Below are positions 1 through 9,993 of a DNA stretch of 31,148 bases, piece by piece. This stretch comes from Spirogloea muscicola. Its lineage: Eukaryota. A model generated the notes under the pieces. That model saw only the letters and a list, made by a program, of their open reading frames with translations, made no database searches and was not told where the DNA came from. The stretch spans positions 1,121,623 through 1,152,770 of the forward strand of contig WELB01000020.1 of assembly GCA_009602725.1 (NCBI GenBank). Reading direction: 5' to 3'. Position numbers and translations under genes: made by a program. Position 1 is the first letter of the stretch; every line of letters starts with the position of its first letter.

Positions 1-270
1 CCAGGCAGAGCTTTTGTGCTACTCTGGACTTTGTTTGCTACCAACTAGGACTGTGTGCTAACAGACGAGAGTCTGTGTATTACCATGAGCACATCTGCGT
101 CTGTACAGCCGACACGAGGGCGGCCTGCTGGTCCTCCGGAGAAGGGCAACACTTCTCATGGAAGACTCTGAGTGGAGTAGAGGAGGTAAGACGATTGACC
201 ACAACAGATAAGAGCAACATACGGAGCAGCCAGAGCAGGAAGATCTTCAACACCTCCGCCCCCCCCCTTC
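1..270. repeat. Unclassified repeat homologous to ~29950-30190
   Basis: Shared colinear blocks AGGCAGAGCTTT…GCTACTC, CTGCTGG…GGAGAAGGGCAA…ATGGA(A/G)GACTCTGAG, and …AGA(T/C)(A)AG/GAGCA…AAGA…TTC(A/G)AC. Confidence 0.65.
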
Positions 271-336
271 CCCCCCAAACACCCCCGCTTTGACCCTCCT
301 ACCCATCTCTTGCGACTCGGTCACAATGGCCAGCTA

Positions 337-372
337 AGAAGAAAGTGCTCGCCCATTGAGGATAGGGGCTGG
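337..372 (-). mobile_element. Ultra-short (~36 nt) retro-insertion of the element's extreme 3' end
   Basis: Reverse complement CCAGCCCCTATCCTCAATGGGCGAGCACTTTCTTCT is nearly identical to 14465-14500. AGCTAAGA repeats at 332-339 and 373-380. Confidence 0.78.
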
Positions 373-1607
373 AGCTAAGAGCGCCCCTCGTCTCTATGAC
401 CTTTGCGGTCTACTCACACTTTGAGAACTTCTCTTTTTGCTCTCTCTGAGTGTCTTCACACCAGCTAGCCATCCGTCAACTGCATGTGATTTAAGTACCA
501 CCCCGCTCTCAGTCAGTCAGGCCCTCAAAATCATGACCCTTTGCTTGCAGCTTCTCCCCTGCTACTTGCACCTCTTGTTCTCCTACTTTCTTGTCCCTCC
601 TTCCTTTGCCTCACTTACAACACACATGTAGGCTCACGAAAGATATCCATGGAGAATGCCATTCATGAAATGTCATTCAGGGCGTCGTGCCAGCGGAGCT
701 GGCTTATTGGTCAACCCATATGGTACTTCACCTACTACCTACTGACAACGTGGATTGGTGGTGGCTTGTGAGGACATGAGAAATACAACCTACTTGTAGA
801 GATTGCCAGTCATGTGAGCTATCGTACATTTTGCTTGCACAGAGCCACTTCAAGACCTCACCATTGATGGTTTCAGTGGTGGAGGCCACAAGGAGGTGTT
901 GGACCAACTGCGTTCTTGCCAACGGCTGACTCAACTCAGAATTCAAGGCACCCACACTATACTATTACTGAAAATCGACCAACAAAGCTGCCATGCACAA
1001 GACAGCACTGATGCTATACAAATGCAGTGACATATGGTGACCCAAATACTCGACCTAGATAGCACCTTAGTCGAGCTCCTGGACAGATATTTTCAATGCA
1101 CCACAGAAAGAGATTCTTCTTGTAGTAATACAGTAGAGCTGAGGAATAAAGCAAGCACTATAACATCACCATCACATGTAGGTGCTGCCGGCTTTGGCAT
1201 GAGGACTTGTTGGATAGGGCAAGGACCTGCAAGGACAGACTCCAATACGTAGTCCTAGACGTGTTGAATGACTTCCATTCCAGCAGTCCTACAAGACTAT
1301 CTTCCTTCGCACAGAGAACTGTAAATTATTTTGATTGATAGCATATCATGCAGAGATATCACGCAAAGTCGAAAGATCAACTTGATAGAGCGGTCGTACT
1401 TTCTTGGGAGTCATGCAATATGCTTGCTGAAGTTTAGGTTTCATGAGGAGGAGATTGCATCGCTTCAGAGTCAAGCAAGCCCCAAATGGGGTGAGCCCCT
1501 TTCCTCCTTATGTCAAGAACAAGCTTGAAGGACGCTCAAATCAGCATACCCTAGTACGTCCATACGTTGACTGAGGGCTTGTTTGCCATTTGGTGACAAT
1601 GACCACA

Positions 1608-2830
1608 TCAATTTTTGATGGCCTTCTTTTTAGGGGGTGGGGGGTTTGGCTTCTTCTTCCCCTTCTTGGTGGACGTGTGCTTCTTACCCTTCTTGGTCGG
1701 TGGTGTGTGCATGCCCTTTGTGGTCGAAGGCTTGGTTGCGGGCTTGGTTGCAGGCTTGACAATGATGACGCCGTTCATGGTGTATAGGAATACACAGTCC
1801 TGGTAATAGTATGTGCCGGCCTGCGCAAAATGCAGAGCACATTCAGGGGCATAGCCATCATCAGAATTGCCTTACACCATTGTAGAAGCAGAGGGTAACT
1901 ATTGGAAAACAGGAACCTAGGCAACAACTATGCGAACGGCTGCATGTGGGTCAGCACTACCACAGTCACGATAAAATTGTAGGCAGGTCAGTACGTGCGA
2001 GCATCTCAGGTAAAAAGCATAGACACAATATGGACGCACCGCGGTGAACGTATATGAGAAGACACCCTTGCCGGTGACATCAACTGGGGCTTTGATTCTC
2101 ATGTCAGGCGGCACGGACTCCACGCAGTGCTGGCGAAGTACAGGAGCAGCATCCATGTAGTACCACGTGCACGTCGTGCCCGGGGCCACTGTGATGGCTG
2201 GGACGGTGATAGGGTAGTACCATGGAATGTGTGAGCATGGGGGAACCTTAGGTAGCACAGGTTGCAAGTGAGGAGGCTTTGGAGGAGGGGCGGCATCTGC
2301 AACAAGGCAGCACAGATGATGGTGATCATAAGCGAGGCAACACAAGCAGAGTGCTTGCTGCCCCTTCGTATAGCCCATCACAGCAGCCCAAACGAGAGAC
2401 GACCACTGCCGAGACTTCTCCAATGTAGACCCTGCAATGGCCGGCCACCACCTCGAGTTAGGGAGACATTGCCACACGGTGGCAAGGGCAGCACCTCCCG
2501 TTGATGACATATACCCCAATGCCACTGAGGAGTCGGCTCTTGGCTCTTCAGGTGCACTCCTCAGCTCCAGTCGGCACCACTTGCCGCCAGCTGCAGAACC
2601 CCTTGGGCAGCTGCACTTGGTCGCACTCTGCTACCCAATGGCGGTTGGACACTATGCCGATGCTGCTTCGTCTTGCCTTTGCCTCACTGCGCCGTTCTCA
2701 TCCATCGGCACATGGAATACCAAGCAGTGCGGTGGGGCGGGATGGCGACCGCGTGGGGACAGCGGGAGCATCGGGGCTTACCCGAGAGAGCCGCGCAGGT
2801 CGCCAGAAGGAGCACCAGGAGCAGCGCCAT
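1608..2830 (-). CDS. Spliced gene: secreted cupredoxin (plastocyanin/amicyanin-like fold) protein with Pro-rich linker and Lys-rich tail, ~172 aa
   Basis: Exons 2830-2782 (gccgccATG; MALLLVLLLATCAALS signal peptide; GTAAGC donor), 2296-2040 (ITVAPGTTCTW…QHCV…FSYTFTA; GTGCGT donor) and 1820-1608 (AGTYYYQDCVFLYTMNGVIIV…KKGKKK…KN*). Phases 1 and 0 are consistent. Extra small exons in intron 1 cannot be excluded. Confidence 0.75.
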
Positions 2831-2947
2831 GGCGGCGGCGAAGGCGGCGGCGGGTTGACCCTGGTCAGCAAGGCGGGCGGAGGGGTGACTGAGAGGAGAC
2901 TGGGAGGGTCTGCTGCAGTAGTAGAAGAAGCCCTCCAGACAGTGAGA

Positions 2948-3301
2948 GACTCTTCCAGTCGAGGGCAGTGGCTGTGATCGGCCAGCCCAGGGAAAGATTG
3001 GACAAAGCTCGAAAGGCGGCAAAACTTAGCCAAAGGGGGCGCGGCTGAGAACAAAAGCCAGCCAGCCCAGAACGGAAGACTTCCAGTAGAGGGCGATGAT
3101 TGCTGTGACCGGCCAGCCCAGGGAAAAGAAACGAACGTAGAAAAAACGGAAAAACAAGGATGAAAAAAGAATGAACAAAGAATGATAGAAAAAGACTTGA
3201 GCTCTCCTAAAGGAGGGGGGGCGGTTGTTATTGGCCAAGAGAGAATAGATCACGATTCGGAGGGGATGGGCGGACGACTCTGCTAGGAGAGGGCGATGGC
3301 T
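2948..3301 (-). repeat. Cluster of five co-oriented 3'-terminal hairpin motifs
   Basis: Copies at ~2948-2988, 3025-3068, 3078-3119, 3207-3236 and 3276-3301. Consensus on minus: GGGCTGGCCRRTCACAGCCAYYGCCCTCTACTGGAAGAGTC. Two copies are degenerate. Confidence 0.75.
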
Positions 3302-3559
3302 CACGCGGTCCACACGCGCGCCGACCGCGCTATGCTGCCTCGGGTCTCGGCGGAGTGCCCCTTTTCCTGCTTCGAGTAATTCTGAATTGCTGTTGCTCAC
3401 TGGTGGATACCGAGCATCCATCTGCATCAATTCATGTTCTGTGTGTAACCTTTTCCTTTTCGGCACCATTTTCGGGCCTGTGTGGCTTTGGATATTGTCC
3501 ATTCATTTCTGGGCTGGCTTTGCTAGCCCCTTCTTCTCTATGGGCGAGCAATTTCTTCT
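3302..3559 (+). mobile_element. 5'-truncated decayed copy (same subfamily as 23742-24226), TSD GATGGCT/GATAGCT
   Basis: Reads HAVHTRADRAM…PASSNSELLLLTGGY(cga, mutated stop). The UTR starts gagcatccatctgcatc like the 23884 copy and ends GGGCGAGCAATTTCTTCT. Confidence 0.8.
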
Positions 3560-4699
3560 GATAGCTGTGATTGGCCAGCCCAAACTAAAGAATGGTCAAC
3601 GGGCTTATGGCCTGGCCTTTCGCCCTCGCGGAGGGGAGCATCTTGGACTGGGCGGGGAATCTCCCTCAAGCCCGGTACCGGATCTTCCTCCCCCAGGTAA
3701 GAGTCGGTGTGTGTGGTCAAGCCACCTCCCCGCCGACGCGGGGCCCACAGACATGGCGGGCACGTCGCTCCGTCGTGGGCCCGGCGGCCGGTCCGCCGCC
3801 ACAACCACCGACGGCAGGCAGGACCTTCTCTCGCGGTAGTCAAGAGGGTCGTGTGTGCTACATAGCATTGGCTTGAGATTGGCCACTCTTTCATTTCGTG
3901 GGCACCGCGCGTTTCAGCGCTTTTCATGTAGCCCGAAGTTTGCACTAGCTTTGCCCGAACAATGTATTGGCATGACTCAGCCACCCTTCGATTCGTACGC
4001 ACCTTCATCTTGGCCCCTGTGAACTTTGTTTGTCCTTGGGCTGGCCAGTCTGCAGCCATCGCCCTCTACTGAAGAGACTTCTCTCCAGGCCGGCCTCAAG
4101 CTGGCCTCCCCCGGGCCTCATTCGCGAGACGCTGGAAACGAAGTATGCATTTCCGAAGGCAATTTCCCCAGCCTTTCCTTTGGGATGACCAATCACAGCC
4201 ATCGCCCACTACTGACAGAGTCTTCTTCCAAACGGGGTTGTCGTGCGGTCTCCCGTCGGTGGCTCACTTGTATGGCTCATTCGTGTCGACCTGGCAAGGA
4301 TATTGAGGTGGCGCCACACGGGGCCATCTAACGGGTGGACTAACGTTTCCGGGTCCAGAAATCGAGCCATAGACCCGAAAGCCCTGGGCACATCGATGGC
4401 CAAAGAGAAGCCAAAAAGCCCTTGTAGAAAACAGCTCTTCCATATTGACAGCAATGGCTGTGAGAGGCCAGCCCAAAGGATTGGACAAGGAATGGACAAG
4501 CCCTTAGGCTCGTCCGCTCCGATGGGCGTGACCCACCTTGACAGTCTTAACAGATGTCGTTCTACCTATCGTCCGTGGCGGATTCGCGTTCGATTGAAAG
4601 GATGCGGAGGTGGCTGCTCACGCGAATCTCCGAGGAACGTCATTCACCAGCAGGTTTTTTTATTTTGTGGATGTTTTGGAGGGTGTTTCCCAAAGTAGC

Positions 4700-5830
4700 T
4701 TGGTTTGAAGGAATTTAAAAGCGTGGCACCTCCGACCTGGGTCAGGGAATGCCGCCCGCCCGTGCCTCTACCTGGCAATCGGCGCGCAAGCCCAGTTTGC
4801 GCCCGCGCCGCTCAAAGAAGAGCTCAATGCCAAGCGCGCCGGTCACTTCATGACGCATATGACGCATATGTAGCTTCGGCGGACCAAATGGTACCGGTAA
4901 CTTGACTACACCGTATATGTAGCTAAGTAGGATGCCGGGTGCGGAGTACGGAGGCTCCGGGCCTCGTGCTGCGCTCCCACCGCCCAGGCGGGCCGGCTCG
5001 GTGTGAGACAGCCCCCAGAATCCGTATTTGCCTTTGTAATTGGCCACTCAGACCCTCCATCACTCAGTATCAGCAGCCGCAATCTTCATCACTCAATACA
5101 CACCCCAATTTTCTGAACCTGTGCTCTCGGGCCCCCAACGCCCAAGTCGCGCGGTCCCGGGCAGGTCATTGGACCAGCTCGTCTCTGAGTCCGTGCCTCC
5201 TGCGCCGCGTGCCACGCGCCCACTTGACTCACTCCGTGCGCGCACCTAGAATCGAATTTCCAACGTTCAGCCCGCAACTCCGGCGGTGGACCTTGGGGCT
5301 GGCCAATCACAGCCACCGCCCTCCACTGGACGAGTCTTTCTTCTTGGGCTGCCCTCAACATGTCCTCTGGGGAATTGGAGTGTGGGTTGAGGGACTAAGG
5401 GCCTGAGTGGCCAAGTACAAAGGCAAGCACATTGACAGCTGTACGTCACCTGCTGCTAAGCGAAACTCGGGGGAGAGATGGCAGGCGAAGCGCCTACAAG
5501 CAGTGGGCCGAGGCCTGACTCAGCAGTCGGACCAGTGACGCCCCGGGGGGCACAACCCTGCTGCTGCCTGCTGCACAGCCCGTCGCCACAGCTCATCGCT
5601 GCGGGCCATCGCCGGCTCTCTGCAACTGCTGTGGCTGCGCCCCATGTGGGAACAGCTTCTAAGCCGCTGACCCACAGTAAATCCCTGCGGTCTGGCGGTG
5701 CCTCAGGGAAAGACTTCCGCTGCGCTTCGGCGCGTGGGTGCGCTGTGTGCACTGGCGTTTCTCTCTGTGAGATGATTTTGTCAGAAACCCTCTATGTCCG
5801 AACCCCACAAAGGACGCTCTGACCCTGATA
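4700..5830. repeat. Unclassified ~1 kb interspersed repeat, homologous to ~27520-28550
   Basis: Colinear shared blocks: TGTAGCTAAGTA, GACCAGCTC, CAGCCCGTCGCC(A/G)CAGCTCATCGCTGCGGGCC, GGCGGTGCCTCAGGG…AAGACTTCCGCTGCGCT. Confidence 0.7.
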
Positions 5831-7009
5831 GGTGCCAGGCTGTCATCGTCACAGGTCGGGGGTCAGCATGGTGGAGCGTGTCAAGCCCCAGCAGTGCTCG
5901 TACCCGGTCGGCGGTTTCCTGCCGCGCCTGGCGCTGTCTCCGTCCCGACCAAGGGACGGCCTCGTCGGACTAAGTTGCAACGGCAGGCGAGTGGCAGGTC
6001 ACGGGCTGGCAAAGCCGTGCAACACCTATATTGGTCACATGGTGTGCACCAACGTCGGCACTGATGGTCGCTTGGCGTGCAGTGACGTTGGCACTGCTCT
6101 GTCCAGACACTTTGTGACACCTACAGCGTCGCCTGGCGCACACCAATATCAGCACTGGTCTAAGAAGACACATATCTCTCGTCCTGCCGTCAGCTACGCT
6201 GGTGCAGGAATTACTCGTTGCTCAGCTGTGGGCAAAGCACATGAGTCTGCAAAGCGGAGGCGCATTTCTTTTCTCAAAGAGCTTCCCCCTAGACCTTGTC
6301 CATTCCTTGGCGCTGGCCGTTGACAGGCTCCTTCTGGACAAGCCTTATGTGGCCCATCCGTGGCCCATCGTGGCCAGCTTGACTAGCTACTGTATTCTGC
6401 CATGTGAATGCTGTGTTGGCTTCCTCCCTGAAACTTGTCCGCTTGGCCACTCGAGTCTATTTGAGCTTTAGCGCTTTTCTGGCCCCTTGGTACTTCCTTT
6501 GTACTGGTCTGGGCTGGCAATCACGGCCATCGCCCTCTACTGACAGAGTCTATCCGACTTTGGGGCTGGCCTTCGCAGCCACCGCCTCTTCTATACGTGC
6601 TTCTATCTCCTTCAAAATGAGGCCTTTAAAGGGGGGGCAACACAGGGATAATTACACCGGGTGATGACGTGCCGCTGTGCTGCCACTCTGACAGCAATAT
6701 CGGGAACGCGCCGAGGCCGAGGACCGGCAAGTTGGCTGCGACGAAGAGCGCCAGGTGGGACACTGGCGTGTGCCGCAAAAAGATGGCTCGCTGACTACCA
6801 CTTCAAGCCTGTATTGAACACTAAAATCCTAAAGCCGTAGTAGTTGTAACAACAGAAATTTTCATCTGTACAATGCACGTATCTCTAGTAGTACCTAGCG
6901 GATCCGACTTCTAAGTTCACCTAGGTGACGTGTCGAGTGGGTCTGGTGGGTGACGATGTGGGCGCAGTATGCATGTCGGGTTCCTGTGCTGGCTCCTAAG
7001 ACGGGGGCT

Positions 7010-7257
7010 TCCGCACTTGTTTGTGGAGATCACCCGCCTGGCCTGCGGATGTCTGAGCAGGCACCCTTGGTGGTTACATTTGATCATGCTCCTAGGCCCA
7101 CTACTTAATGCGATCTGCATTTGCTGACTAGAGGTCATTAAGCGTCCATTCGCAGAATTTACAGGGAGTATTTAGGACTTTCCTGCAACTTCTGGCCATT
7201 CGCATGCTGTTCACTTCGTATAGGCTGGCCTCTCACAGCCATGGCCTTACAATAGGG
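7010..7257 (+). mobile_element. Highly decayed 3' remnant of the CRE-like family
   Basis: GAT CTG CAT TTG CTG ACT AGA GGT CAT TAA (DLHLLTRGH*) at ~7112-7141, followed ~80 nt later by GGCTGgcctctcaCAGCC. Confidence 0.6.
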
Positions 7258-7996
7258 TAATCATCTCGTTTCCGGGACTTGTTGCAGCTTTGCCGGTCTG
7301 GCTTCCCATGGCTCTCGCCCCCTTCCAAAGAAGTGAGCTCTTCCAGCGGGGGCGAGGGCTGCGAAAAGCCAGCCCCATAAGATTGGACAGGTCTGAAGGG
7401 GCCAAGAAGCGCTGAAACACACTACTAAATAGTGTACTCTGTAAACTCTTGACTACTAGCTTCATATGGTCTAGGTCTAGCTGTCTTGTGTGGAGCTGCG
7501 TCTTGGGGATGCTCATCACGGACAATGGTAGGCGATACATAGGAGGGCTCAGGTATTATCCCAGCAGGTTGGTAGATCGATGGATCTCCACCGTAAGGTT
7601 TGGAGTCGACCCGTGGAATCCAGACCGTTGGGCGCTAGGGGGCGATGGTGTATTAGAAAGAAATGTAGGCCAAATGGCCAGGTACAAAGGCAAGCACATA
7701 CCAAAATCTACATAACCTACAGGTTATGTAGGCGCGCTAGGGCGCGCCGCCGGGCCGGGGTCATCAGACACTGGAGGGAAGGCGCGCGGTGCGCATGGAA
7801 TTTAAGCGAGGCCAATTCAAGCCAATACATTGTTCAGGCACTGTGAAGTACAAATGAGCTTTTCATCCACTTCAGCCAGCGCGTAAAGCACTCCTTCCCT
7901 GTACGCCCTTACTACACAGTTCAATCATGCCACTGACAAAGTGCGACTGTTAGCAAACCGGTGATCACTTAAGTAGAGCTGTGAGGAGCAACATAC

Positions 7997-8085
7997 TGCT
8001 TCCGGTCTTTGCCACAGGCCATGAGAAGGTGAAAGATGGCCTCTGGTGACACCATCACCACCCCAACTGACTTCACAACCGGCAG
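7997..8085 (-). pseudogene. Orphan exon resembling an EDR2-type START domain segment
   Basis: tttgcAG|LPVVKSVGVVMVSPEAIFHLLMACGKDRK|GTATGT resembles, from memory, the K-A-V-G-V-V…E-x-I-F-x-L-x-M motif of plant PH-START-DUF1336 proteins. No neighbouring intact exons were found. Confidence 0.4.
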
Positions 8086-8236
8086 CTGCAAAACAAAGAA
8101 GAACTGGGACTGTTGGAGAGGGCACAATCAACGTACTACTACCGAAACCAAGAGGTGGTCGATTTTTGACATTATAATGTATATGCATCATAATTCAAAA
8201 GTTCTCTATCTTCCTTCTACATCAGCCAGGGAACGC

Positions 8237-8338
8237 TCAGTAACCTCTAGTCAAGAGATGCAAATCTGAGTAGCTAGCTGGCGGAAAGACGTCGCCCTGA
8301 CGGAAGCCGGAGGCCGCCGCCAAAGCTCGGCCTTCTAC
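8237..8338 (-). mobile_element. Short C-terminal remnant of the CRE-like family
   Basis: The minus strand reads GRALAAASGFRQGDVFPPASYSDLHLLTRGY*. Confidence 0.8.
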
Positions 8339-9046
8339 AGAGCATAGAAGGTCAGTCCTGCTGCTCCAGCTGTCCTAAGAAGGGCAGTTGGCGCTTGCTC
8401 GTCTCAACACGTGCGGGCCCGCCTCGTCCGGTCGCTCCCCAGTTGCCGCCGTGTCGGTCACCGCCGCGGTCGCCGCCGCTGTGGCCGCCGTTTCCGCCAC
8501 GCCATGGCTCAACAAGTGGGACGGTAACACTTGTCAAGGTCAGCTAGGCATGAAAACTCCCCTACTTGTTTTGATCTGCCCTTGCTAGGTAGAGATTGTA
8601 ATGCGCCCACATGCAGAGGTCACGGCTAGTGACTTAATGCTTTTCTGCGCCTTTCGGCCCTATCAGACCTTGTAGCTTATCGTCGAAGAGTCGTTCTTTT
8701 TACTAGTAGGTCACTCATTCTATTACTGGGCTGGCCAATCACAGCCATCGCCCTTTACTGGAAGAATCTACTTTCCCTTATACATCCCGTTGGTCTGGCC
8801 TGTCAGAGCCTCTCATCAGAAGAAAGTGCTCGCCCATAGAGGAGAGGGGCTGGCAAAACCAGCCCAGAAAGTGTAACGAATTTACATGGCTGGAATGTCA
8901 ATGCAGCTGTAATGTATTGACAGATGCCTGGAGATTAGATACCTCATCCGGCTGATAAATAAATTGACTGTCAGTGCCGCAGGAAAGGCTTGACAGATGC
9001 CTGGAGACGGACAATTTCACCAGGCTGGGCAGCGTGGCTTTGATAT

Positions 9047-9993
9047 AGAAGAAAGTGCTCGCCCATTGAGAATAGGGGCTGGAATAACCAGCCCGAAAAA
9101 GAATGAACAGAGTACGAGAAGGGGGCCAGGGGAAGCGCTAAGTAACAGAAACAAAGCTGCTACGAGACACTCAGTAACCCCTGCTAAGCAGCCGCAGATC
9201 AGAGATGCTGGGCTCCTGGAAGTGGGTCCCCTGGCCAGAGCCAGAGGCAGCAGCGAGGGCTCTGCCGGCACGAAGGTGCAGCGCCCGGGCCATGGACCTC
9301 TGCAGCGAGACGGCCAGGCGCATTCGATACACTTGCGCCAGCGACCCGGCTGCAGGGAAGTCAACCGGCTCCCCATGGAAGCGCCGGGCGATGGTGTGGC
9401 GGGCGAGCTGGGTGAGCAGCTCGAGCCACCGAGCGCCCAGCGCCCCATGTGTGTCGATGGCCAACGGGAAGAACTCGTCTTCCCGCGGATGATCCGCGTA
9501 CTTCAGCTCTTTGGCCCGAGCAGCGCAGGCGACCGCATACCCAGCCGTGGTGGCACATTTGGCTGGGTGTGAGCGGTCATAGGCATCAGTAGTCACCACG
9601 TCCAGGAGAAGACGTGGCCCGCCGGCCTGTCGGGTGGCCACCAGGTCTACACGCCTGGCATGGAGACCGTCGGCCCTGTGCTGGATTGGCATGATTCCGG
9701 AGTGCTCTGCTGCCACGGAGAAACCAGCCTCCAACAGGATGCCATGCATTACGTCGCGGAGGCGGTCGTGGGCCGCTGTCCGCTCTCCGCCGTGGGAACA
9801 GCGCAGAACATGAGCAGCCAGCTCTCCAGGCTCGGTCCCGCGCTCGCCACACTCACATTGACGCACACCCTGGAGACATGGCGGCAGTAGGCCCAGGAGC
9901 CGGTGGACGGCACTTCGGAATACCTCGTCCGGGAGGGTGAGGGCGTCGTAGAGGGGGAGGGCCTGGAGCCACGCCGCAGCCCCCGGGGAAGAG
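9047..9993 (-). mobile_element. 5'-truncated, near-identical inverted copy of the element's last 947 bp (13554-14500)
   Basis: ORF 9171-9866 translates identically to the polyprotein C-terminus. Coordinates mirror without indels (9171+14376 = 9047+14500 = 9993+13554). One substitution seen, in the hairpin loop (ttatt vs ttgtt). Confidence 0.95.

Larger units (their letters stand above)
4038..8865. repeat. Dispersed 3'-terminal hairpin motifs
   Basis: Plus strand: ~4038-4080, 4182-4223, 5296-5337, 6511-6551, 6563-6595, 7223-7257, 8728-8769. Minus strand: ~4433-4474, 7335-7376, 8818-8865. Confidence 0.8.

Noticed and set aside
600..1500. Additional spliced gene on the minus strand
   Set aside because: There are exon-like stretches (e.g. 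794-960), but no consistent phase chain or recognisable domain.
2948..3301. CRISPR array
   Set aside because: Repeats are degenerate and irregularly spaced, occur on both strands elsewhere, and match retroelement 3' ends. The context is eukaryotic with no cas genes.
5832..6323. Decayed CCHC/RLE remnant
   Set aside because: Only a vague resemblance (LVGL…GHMVC, AKRRR), which I cannot support by eye.
8792..8822. Hammerhead ribozyme (CTGATGAG on the minus strand)
   Set aside because: No GAAA after the stem; the CTGATGA is created by an insertion junction.
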